A stretch of DNA of 41,849 nucleotides from Thioalkalivibrio sp. (GTDB lineage Bacteria; Pseudomonadota; Gammaproteobacteria; Ectothiorhodospirales; Ectothiorhodospiraceae), in assembly GCA_003550945.1 (NCBI GenBank), contig PULL01000138.1:1-41849 (forward strand). The letters are read 5' to 3'. The notes beneath the pieces were generated by a model. It was not told where the DNA came from, ran no database searches, and was given only the letters and a program-made list of their open reading frames with translations. Below, in pieces: positions 34,313 through 41,849 of the stretch. How positions within the stretch are numbered: the stretch's first letter is position 1; each line of letters starts with the position of its first letter. A program made the translations under genes and the position numbers.

Positions 34313-37300
34313 ATGAGCTTTCACGCCCTTCCCCCCGCGCAGGGAATGTACGACCCTGCCCTCGAACGAGATTCCTGCGGCGTCGGGTTCGTCTGCCACA
34401 TCAAGAACGAGAAGAGCCACCGGATCGTTGCGCAGGGGCTCGAACTGCTTGAGCGCCTGCACCACCGCGGCGCGGTCGGTGCCGACCCGAAGGCCGGCGA
34501 TGGCGCGGGCATCCTGGTGCAGATGCCGGATGCCTTCCTGCGCGCGGTGGTCGACTTCGAACTCCCGCCGGCAGGGCAGTATGGGGTCGGCATGGTCTTC
34601 CTGCCGCGCGATGCGGAGCCGCGCGCGGATATGGAGGGCATCATCAATCGCCACATCGAGACCGGCGGTCAGACCGTGCTGGGCTGGCGCGACGTGCCCG
34701 TCGACAACAGCGACCTGGGCGAAACGGTGCGCCCGAGCGAGCCGGTGGTGCGCCAGGTCTTCGTCGGCTGCGACCCGGACTGCGCCGACCAGGAAGCCTT
34801 CGAACGCAAGCTGTTCGTGATCCGCAAGCGCATGGACAACGAGATCCGTGCCGCCGGTTACGAGAAGACCGCGTACTACGTGACGTCTATGTCGTCGCGC
34901 ACCCTGAACTACAAGGGCATGCTTCTGGCCTACCAGGTCGGCAACTACTACAAGGATCTGCGCGACGAGCGCTTCACCAGCGCCCTTGCGCTGGTGCACC
35001 AGCGTTTCTCGACCAACACCTTCCCGACCTGGGATCTCGCGCAACCCTTCCGGATGATCTGCCACAACGGCGAGATCAACACCCTGCGCGGCAACCTGAA
35101 CTGGATGGCCGCCCGGCGCCACACCATGCGTTCCGAGGTGCTTGGCGATGACCTCGCTACGATCTGGCCGCTGATCCCCGAAGGGCAGTCGGACTCGGCG
35201 TGTTTCGACAATGCACTGGAACTGCTGGTGATGGGCGGTTACTCGCTGGCCCACGCGATGATGCTGCTGATCCCCGAAGCCTGGGGCGGCAACAAATTGA
35301 TGGACGAGGACCGACGCGCGTTCTACGAGTACCACATGGCGTTGATGGAGCCATGGGACGGACCCGCCGCGGTGGCCTTCACCGATGGCCGCCAGATCGG
35401 CGCAACCCTCGACCGCAACGGCCTGCGCCCCGCGCGCTACCTGGTCACCAACGACGACATGGTGATCATGGCCTCCGAGATGGGCGTGCTCGACATCCCC
35501 GAGGAGCGCATCATCACCAAGTGGCGCCTGCAGCCCGGCAAGATGCTGCTGATCGACCTCGAAGAGGGCCGGATCATCGACGACACCGAGATCAAGTCGA
35601 AGCTGTCGCGGGCCAAGCCCTACGGCGAATGGCTGAAGAAGACCCAGATCCGGCTCGAGGAACTGCCGACCGGCGTCGGCCCGATGGCGCCTGACGACGC
35701 CACCCTGCTCGACCTCCAGCAGGCGTTCGGATACACCCAGGAAGACCTGAAATTCCTGCTGACCCCGATGGTCGTCACCGGCCAGGAAGCGGTCGGCTCC
35801 ATGGGCGCGGACAATCCGCCGTCGGTGCTCTCCAGCCGTCCGAAGCACCTGTCCACGTACTTCAAGCAGAACTTCGCGCAGGTGACCAACCCGCCGATCG
35901 ACCCGATCCGCGAGGAACTGGTGATGTCGCTGGTCTGCATCATCGGGCCGCGGCCGAACCTGCTGGGCATCGACGAGGCGGGGAACCACTGGCGCCTCGA
36001 GACACCCCAGCCGGTGCTGACCAACCAGGACCTGGAGCGGATCCGGCATATCGAATACAACTCGGGCGGTGCGTTCCGCACGCGGACCCTCGACACCGTC
36101 TACCCCTCCCCCGAAGGGGCCGAGGGCATGAAGGACGCGCTGGAGCGCCTGTGCAAGGAGGCCGAACAGGCGGTACTCGACGGCTATAACATCCTGATCC
36201 TGTCCGATCGCAACACCAACCAGGACTCGATCCCGATCCCGATGCTGCTGGCAACCTCCGCCGTGCACCATCACCTGATCCGCACCGGCCTGCGCACCAG
36301 TTCCGGCATCGTGGTCGAAACCGGCGCAGCGCTGGAGGTCCATCACTACGCCACGCTCTCCGGCTATGGTGCCGAGGCGATCAACCCCTACCTCGCCTTC
36401 GACACCATCCAGTCGATGCTGCCGCGCTTCCCGGAGCGCCTGACCTTCGAGGAGGCGCAGAAGCGCTACATCAAGGCGGTGGGCAAAGGGCTGCTGAAGG
36501 TGATGTCCAAGATGGGCATCTCGACGCTGGAGTCCTACTGCGGGGCACAGATCTTCGACGCCGTTGGCCTGAACAACGCCTTCCTCGAGGAGTATTTCAC
36601 CGGCACCCAAAGCCGGGTTGGCGGCATCGGGCTGCCCGAGGTCGCAACCGAAGCCGTGCGCTGGCACTCGCTGGCCTTCGGCGGCGAGCACGTGTACCGC
36701 CGGCAGCTCGATCCCGGCGGCGACTACGCGTTCCGCCTGCGCGGCGAGGACCACGTCTGGACACCGGATTCGATCTCGAAGCTGCAGCACGCGACCCGGG
36801 CGAACGACGCGAAAACCTATGCGGAATATTCCCGCCTGATCAACGAACAGAGCGAACGCCTGCTGACCTTCCGCGGCCTGATGGACTTCCGGTTCGCGGA
36901 GAACCCGATTCCGATCGACGAGGTCGAGCCCGCTTCGGAAATCGTGAAGCGTTTCGCCACCGGCGCGATGTCCTTCGGTTCCATCTCCTACGAGGCCCAC
37001 TCGACACTGGCCAAGGCGATGAACGCGATCGGCGGCAAGTCCAACACCGGCGAGGGTGGCGAGGAGGCGGAACGCTTCCTGCCGCTGCCCGACGGATCGC
37101 GCAACCCCGAGCGCTCGGCGATCAAGCAGGTCGCCTCCGGTCGTTTCGGCGTGACCGCCGAGTACCTGGTCAACGCCGACGACATCCAGATCAAGATCGC
37201 GCAGGGTGCCAAGCCCGGCGAGGGTGGCCAGCTGCCCGGCCACAAGGTCAACGCGCAGATTGCGCGCGTTCGGCACTCCACGCCGGGGGTCGGCCTGATC

Positions 37301-38986
37301 TCGCCGCCGCCGCACCACGACATCTACTCGATCGAGGACCTCGCGCAGCTGATCCACGATCTGAAGAACGTGAATCCGAAAGCGCGGATCTCGGTGAAGC
37401 TGGTGTCGGAAATCGGCGTCGGCACGGTAGCGGCCGGGGTATCCAAGGCCCACGCGGATCACGTGACCATCGCGGGCTACGACGGTGGCACCGGCGCCAG
37501 TCCGCTGACTTCGATCAAGCACGCGGGCAGCCCCTGGGAGATCGGCCTCGCCGAAACCCACCAGACGCTGGTGCTGAATCGCCTCCGCGGGCGCATCGCG
37601 GTGCAGGTCGACGGCGGCATGCGCACCGGCCGAGACGTGGTGATCGGTGCATTGCTCGGCGCCGACGAGTTCGGGTTCGCCACCGCGCCGCTGATCGTCG
37701 AAGGCTGCATCATGATGCGCAAGTGCCACCTGAACACCTGCCCGGTGGGGGTCGCCACCCAGGATCCCGAACTGCGCAAGCGGTTTACGGGCAAACCGGA
37801 GCACGTGATCAACTATTTCTTCTTCGTCGCCGAAGAGGTGCGCCAGTACATGGCCCGCCTCGGCTTCCGCACCCTGAACGAGATGACCGGCCAGTCCGAC
37901 CGACTGGAAATGCGCCGGGCCATCGACCACTGGAAGGCCCACGGCCTCGACTTTTCGCGCATTCTCGAGAAGCCGAAAGTCGGCCCCGAGGTCGCGCTCT
38001 ACCAGCGCGAGGCCCAGGATCACGGGCTTGAAAAGGCACTGGACCAGGAACTCATCCGCCAGGCCGAACCCGCGCTGGAGCGCGGCGAGCCGGTACGGAT
38101 CGAGACGCAGGTGAAAAACTACAACCGCACCGTTGGCGCGATGCTGTCGGGGCGCGTGGCCGAGCGCTACGGCCATGCCGGGCTTCCCGACGACACCATC
38201 TACATCAAGGCGAAAGGCACCGGCGGCCAGTCCTGGGGCGCCTGGCTCGCCAAGGGCGTCACGGTGGAACTCGAGGGCGAGGCCAACGACTACGTGGGCA
38301 AGGGCCTGTCCGGAGGCCGACTGGTCATCTACCCCCCGAAAGAGGCGGGCATCGCCCGGGCCGAAGAGAACATCATCGTCGGCAACACCGTTCTCTACGG
38401 GGCGATCAGCGGGGAATGCTTCTTCCGGGGCGTTGCCGGAGAGCGCTTCTGCGTGCGAAATTCCGGGGCGATCGCAGTGGTCGAGGGCGTCGGGGACCAC
38501 GGCTGCGAGTACATGACCGGCGGCATCATGGTCTGTCTCGGCCCCACCGGGCGAAATTTCGCGGCGGGAATGTCGGGAGGCGTGGCCTACGTGTACGACT
38601 GTGACGGCAGCTTCGAACAGCGCTGCAACCTGGCGATGGTCGAACTGCAGCCCATCCCGGACGAGGACGACGCGCTGGAGGCGCTGGACCATCAGGGCGG
38701 CGATCTCGAAACAGCCGGCCTCGTCGATCTGCGCCGCGACATGACCCGGCACGACAAGCTGCGCCTGCGCACCCTGATCGAGCGGCATCTTCACTACACC
38801 GATTCCGCCGTCGCGCGGCGCATCCTCGCGAACTGGGAACGGGAGTTCTCCCGTTTCGTGAAGGTGATGCCGATCGATTACCGCCGGGCGCTCGAACAGA
38901 TGCAAGCGCGGCAAAGCCGTCCGCCGACCCCTCAGCGGGTGCCCAAGGCGACGCAGGCCGTGAAGGAGACCGCGACACATGGGTAA
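34313..38986 (+). CDS. gltB: Glutamate synthase large subunit
   Basis: Propeptide ending ERDS then CGVGF (Ntn Cys1), [26 protein letters not shown], 3Fe-4S motif [23 protein letters not shown] at ATG 34313. Confidence 0.97.
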   Translation: MSFHALPPAQGMYDPALERDSCGVGFVCHIKNEKSHRIVAQGLELLERLHHRGAVGADPKAGDGAGILVQMPDAFLRAVVDFELPPAGQYGVGMVFLPRDAEPRADMEGIINRHIETGGQTVLGWRDVPVDNSDLGETVRPSEPVVRQVFVGCDPDCADQEAFERKLFVIRKRMDNEIRAAGYEKTAYYVTSMSSRTLNYKGMLLAYQVGNYYKDLRDERFTSALALVHQRFSTNTFPTWDLAQPFRMICHNGEINTLRGNLNWMAARRHTMRSEVLGDDLATIWPLIPEGQSDSACFDNALELLVMGGYSLAHAMMLLIPEAWGGNKLMDEDRRAFYEYHMALMEPWDGPAAVAFTDGRQIGATLDRNGLRPARYLVTNDDMVIMASEMGVLDIPEERIITKWRLQPGKMLLIDLEEGRIIDDTEIKSKLSRAKPYGEWLKKTQIRLEELPTGVGPMAPDDATLLDLQQAFGYTQEDLKFLLTPMVVTGQEAVGSMGADNPPSVLSSRPKHLSTYFKQNFAQVTNPPIDPIREELVMSLVCIIGPRPNLLGIDEAGNHWRLETPQPVLTNQDLERIRHIEYNSGGAFRTRTLDTVYPSPEGAEGMKDALERLCKEAEQAVLDGYNILILSDRNTNQDSIPIPMLLATSAVHHHLIRTGLRTSSGIVVETGAALEVHHYATLSGYGAEAINPYLAFDTIQSMLPRFPERLTFEEAQKRYIKAVGKGLLKVMSKMGISTLESYCGAQIFDAVGLNNAFLEEYFTGTQSRVGGIGLPEVATEAVRWHSLAFGGEHVYRRQLDPGGDYAFRLRGEDHVWTPDSISKLQHATRANDAKTYAEYSRLINEQSERLLTFRGLMDFRFAENPIPIDEVEPASEIVKRFATGAMSFGSISYEAHSTLAKAMNAIGGKSNTGEGGEEAERFLPLPDGSRNPERSAIKQVASGRFGVTAEYLVNADDIQIKIAQGAKPGEGGQLPGHKVNAQIARVRHSTPGVGLISPPPHHDIYSIEDLAQLIHDLKNVNPKARISVKLVSEIGVGTVAAGVSKAHADHVTIAGYDGGTGASPLTSIKHAGSPWEIGLAETHQTLVLNRLRGRIAVQVDGGMRTGRDVVIGALLGADEFGFATAPLIVEGCIMMRKCHLNTCPVGVATQDPELRKRFTGKPEHVINYFFFVAEEVRQYMARLGFRTLNEMTGQSDRLEMRRAIDHWKAHGLDFSRILEKPKVGPEVALYQREAQDHGLEKALDQELIRQAEPALERGEPVRIETQVKNYNRTVGAMLSGRVAERYGHAGLPDDTIYIKAKGTGGQSWGAWLAKGVTVELEGEANDYVGKGLSGGRLVIYPPKEAGIARAEENIIVGNTVLYGAISGECFFRGVAGERFCVRNSGAIAVVEGVGDHGCEYMTGGIMVCLGPTGRNFAAGMSGGVAYVYDCDGSFEQRCNLAMVELQPIPDEDDALEALDHQGGDLETAGLVDLRRDMTRHDKLRLRTLIERHLHYTDSAVARRILANWEREFSRFVKVMPIDYRRALEQMQARQSRPPTPQRVPKATQAVKETATHG

Positions 38987-40445
38987 GCCAACCGGATTCA
39001 TCGAAATCGAGCGCCGCGAGCGGCGCTACGAACCTGTCGCTGACCGGGTCGTTCACTACCGGGAGTTCGTGATCCCGCTGTCCGAGTCGGAAGTGAGCGC
39101 ACAAGGCGCGCGCTGCATGGATTGCGGCATCCCCTATTGCCACCAGGGCTGCCCGGTGGACAACCTGATTCCGGACTGGAACGACCTTGTGTACCAGGGT
39201 GACTGGAAACAGGCGATCGAGACCCTGCACTCGACGAACAACTTCCCCGAGTTCACCGGCCGCATCTGCCCCGCCCCGTGCGAGGCCGCCTGCACGCTGA
39301 ACATCGACGACAACCCGGTCACGATCAAGACCATCGAATGCGCGATCGTCGACCGCGCGTGGGCCGAGCACTGGATCAAGCCGCAGGTGGCACAGCGACG
39401 CACCGGCAAGCGCATCGCGATCGTCGGGTCCGGCCCCGCCGGCCTCGCCTGCGCACAGCAGCTCGCGCGCGCCGGGCACCAGGTGGCGATATTCGAGAAG
39501 GCCGACCGGATCGGCGGACTGCTGCGCTACGGAATCCCGGACTTCAAGCTGGGCAAGGAGCTGATCGACCGGCGCATGGCGCAGATGCGCACCGAGGGTG
39601 TCGAATTCCACACCAATTCCCACATCGGGGTGGACATCCCAGTCTCCCGGCTGCGCGAGGAGTACCACGCCGTGATCCTGGCCGGCGGCGCGGAAAAACC
39701 GCGCGACCTGCCGGTTCCTGGGCGCGAGCTGAACGGCATCCACTACGCGATGGATTTTCTCACCCGCAACAGCAAGCGCGTGCAGGGCCTGTTCGTTCCC
39801 GACGAGGAATTCATCAACGCGAGTGGCAAGCACGTGGTGGTGATCGGTGGCGGCGACACCGGCTCCGACTGCATCGGTACTTCGAACCGGCACGGCGCCC
39901 GCAGCGTGACCCAGATCGAGATCCTCGACAAGCCGCCTGCCCGCGAGGACAAGGGCCTGACCTGGCCGGAGTGGCCGAACCGGCTGCGCACGTCCAGCTC
40001 CCAGGAAGAAGGCTGCGAGCGGATGTGGAACGTCACGACCAAGGGCTTTGTCGATGACGGCGAGGGCAACGTGCGCGCGTTGCGTTACGCGCTGGTGCGC
40101 TGGGACCGCGATGAACAGGGGCGCTGGCAGATGTCCGAAGTACCGGGCAGCGAGGGGGAACTGCGCGCGGACCTGGTCCTGCTCGCGATGGGCTTCGTAC
40201 ACCCGGTGCACGAGGGCATGATTTCCGAGTTGCAGGATGCCGAGCAGCTCGAGCTCGACGGCCGCGGAAACGTCAAGGGCGCAACCGAGGGGGCGCAGGC
40301 CTACCACACCAGTGTCAACGGACTTTTCGCAGCGGGGGACATGCGCCGGGGTCAGTCTCTGGTCGTGTGGGCGATCCGCGAGGGCCGCCAGTGCGCCCGC
40401 GCAGTGGACGAGTGGCTGATGGGGCGTTCCGACCTCCCCCGCTGA
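38979..40445 (+). CDS. gltD: Glutamate synthase small subunit
   Basis: [54 protein letters not shown]. Confidence 0.97.
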   Translation: MGKPTGFIEIERRERRYEPVADRVVHYREFVIPLSESEVSAQGARCMDCGIPYCHQGCPVDNLIPDWNDLVYQGDWKQAIETLHSTNNFPEFTGRICPAPCEAACTLNIDDNPVTIKTIECAIVDRAWAEHWIKPQVAQRRTGKRIAIVGSGPAGLACAQQLARAGHQVAIFEKADRIGGLLRYGIPDFKLGKELIDRRMAQMRTEGVEFHTNSHIGVDIPVSRLREEYHAVILAGGAEKPRDLPVPGRELNGIHYAMDFLTRNSKRVQGLFVPDEEFINASGKHVVVIGGGDTGSDCIGTSNRHGARSVTQIEILDKPPAREDKGLTWPEWPNRLRTSSSQEEGCERMWNVTTKGFVDDGEGNVRALRYALVRWDRDEQGRWQMSEVPGSEGELRADLVLLAMGFVHPVHEGMISELQDAEQLELDGRGNVKGATEGAQAYHTSVNGLFAAGDMRRGQSLVVWAIREGRQCARAVDEWLMGRSDLPR

Positions 40446-40456
40446 TCCCCTCGGGG

Positions 40457-40480
40457 AGCGGGACCTTGCTCCCGCTTTTC
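40457..40480 (+). terminator. Intrinsic terminator after gltD
   Basis: AGCGGGA-CCTTGC-TCCCGCT followed by a short T-run, 11 nt after the stop. Confidence 0.65.
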
Positions 40481-40558
40481 GTCGCGGAAGTTGCCGCGCC
40501 TGCCGGGGGGCTTGTCCCCTTCCGGAATACAGCGCCCACCCACCGCACTCCGAAGGGC

Positions 40559-41554
40559 TCAGCTCACCGCCTGCAGGCAGGGCCGCACCGCCCACTCGAT
40601 CAACTCGGGTCCTGCCTCCTTCCGGTACGCGCCCTCGGTGAGCACGCGCCGCCAGTGCCGTGCCCCCGGTGCGCCGTGAAACAGGCCGAGCGCATGCCGC
40701 GTCAGTCGATACAGTGGCACGTCCCTGGAACACACCTCCTCCGCCAGCGCGACGAGATCGTCGATGATCTCCGCATAGCCGGGATCGTCGCGCTCCACGC
40801 CGTAGTAAAGCCTGTCCACGCGGCCAAGCTCGAACGGCCGGTGGTAGGCCGCCCGTCCGAGCATCACCCCATCGACCTCCTGCAGATGCGGCAGCCCCGC
40901 CTCCGTCCCATCGATGCCGCCGTTGATCACGATGTTCAGGTGACCGAATTCCTGCTTCAGACGATACACTCGCGGGTAATCCAGCGGCGGCACCTCGCGG
41001 TTCGCGGCGGGGCTCAGACCCTTCAGCCAGGCCTTGCGCGCGTGCACGATGAAGGTCTTGCAGCCGGCGTCCGCAACCCGAGCGACGAAGCGGTGAAGAT
41101 CCGCCTCGGAGTCCTGCTCGTCGATCCCGATACGGTGCTTCACCGTTACCGGCACCGACACGACCTTCGCCATCGCTTCCACGCATTCCGCGACCGTGTC
41201 GGGCGTCGCCATCAGGCAGGCCCCAAAGGCACCGGACTGCACCCGCTCCGACGGGCATCCGACGTTCAGATTGATCTCGTCGTAGCCAAAATCGGCGCCG
41301 ATCCGTGCCGCTTCGGCGAGCACCCGCGGGTCTGAGCCACCCAACTGCAGCGCCACCGGGTGCTCCTGGCTGTCAAAACCCAGCAGATGCCTGCGGTCTC
41401 CGTACAACACCGCATTCGCGTGGACCATCTCCGTGTACAGCAACGCCCTGCGGGTCAACAGCCGATGAAAGCGGCGACACCAGCGGTCGGTCCAGTCCAT
41501 CATCGGCGCCACGCTGAAGCGGTGCGACGGCCGGTCTACAAAGGCTTCCGTCAT
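40559..41554 (-). CDS. dusA: tRNA dihydrouridine synthase A
   Basis: SVAPMMDWTD, LYTEM, NLNVGCPS.RVQ.G.FGA, VHARKAWL.GLSP..NR. Alternative TTG start at 41575. Confidence 0.95.
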   Translation of the reverse strand: MTEAFVDRPSHRFSVAPMMDWTDRWCRRFHRLLTRRALLYTEMVHANAVLYGDRRHLLGFDSQEHPVALQLGGSDPRVLAEAARIGADFGYDEINLNVGCPSERVQSGAFGACLMATPDTVAECVEAMAKVVSVPVTVKHRIGIDEQDSEADLHRFVARVADAGCKTFIVHARKAWLKGLSPAANREVPPLDYPRVYRLKQEFGHLNIVINGGIDGTEAGLPHLQEVDGVMLGRAAYHRPFELGRVDRLYYGVERDDPGYAEIIDDLVALAEEVCSRDVPLYRLTRHALGLFHGAPGARHWRRVLTEGAYRKEAGPELIEWAVRPCLQAVS

Positions 41555-41559
41555 CAGTA

Positions 41560-41849
41560 TCAATCGGACCCGCAAGAACTCCTGCCGCTTATTCTAACGG
41601 GAGGGGGTGCAGGCCGCTCCAACTCTGGCAACGGCGGCGGCAGCGGGCAGTGCAGGTCGGCGCAGACCGCGCGGAGCAGTTCGGCCTCCTCGACGGCGAT
41701 GCGACCGTCGTGGTGCATCGCGGCCAGCAGGGCCTCCAGCAGCAGGGACTTCGCCGTCGGCTGCAGACGGTCCAACCGAGGCAAGGCCCGATCCAGCGTT
41801 GCCACCCAGTCCGTTGGCGGTGAGTAGGGCACCTGCGACTGCGGGAACA
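41560..41849 (-). CDS. C-terminus of a gene entering from the right edge; TerB-like helical tail as in long M48-family metallopeptidases
   Basis: LDRALPRLDRL..TAKSLLLEALLAAMHHDGRIAVEEAELLRAVCADLHCPLPP, recognised from memory only. The catalytic part lies outside the window. Confidence 0.6.
   Translation of the reverse strand, partial: FPQSQVPYSPPTDWVATLDRALPRLDRLQPTAKSLLLEALLAAMHHDGRIAVEEAELLRAVCADLHCPLPPPLPELERPAPPPVRISGRSSCGSD

Noticed and set aside
34283-39001. 1572-aa ORF antisense to gltB
   Set aside because: It is codon-aligned with gltB and has no recognisable motifs. Stop-free antisense frames are an expected result of high-GC codon bias.
38526-41258. 910-aa minus ORF and other long shadow ORFs (6890..9091, 13903..15585, 29676..31319)
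   Set aside because: They overlap well-supported genes, are rich in Arg/Ala/Gly/Pro, and show no domains.
41500-41600. dusA as an integration hotspot for dusA-associated integrases
   Set aside because: No integrase or duplicated dusA 5' fragment is visible, and the upstream gene directly abuts dusA.

Overview
GC-rich gammaproteobacterial core-chromosome segment. Gene order and protein character suggest a Chromatiales/Ectothiorhodospiraceae-like organism (inference only). About 33 CDS, almost all housekeeping: two RND efflux MFP+permease cassettes; slyB; bioA; a KamA-family radical SAM enzyme divergent from a class V PLP enzyme; fabD-fabG-acpP-fabF-pabB-pabC-mltG-tmk-holB-pilZ; infA; clpS-clpA; icd; nudJ-mnmA-hflD-acnA; fumC divergent from purB-roxA; gltBD; dusA; and a gene 3' end at the right edge. 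I saw no tRNA, rRNA, CRISPR array or mobile element, and cannot support a clearly new multi-gene system. Strongest anomaly: an in-frame TAG inside the normally essential holB, followed by an intact-looking 42-codon C-terminus. Other leads: a trio of PLP enzymes with an unassigned aminomutase; an acnA-RND-fumC block interrupting hflD-purB; sigma54/NtrC-like sites before gltBD; a PhoP-like box before slyB; two related operator-like palindromes; and leaderless-start signatures, including a 13-codon uORF coupled to nudJ.
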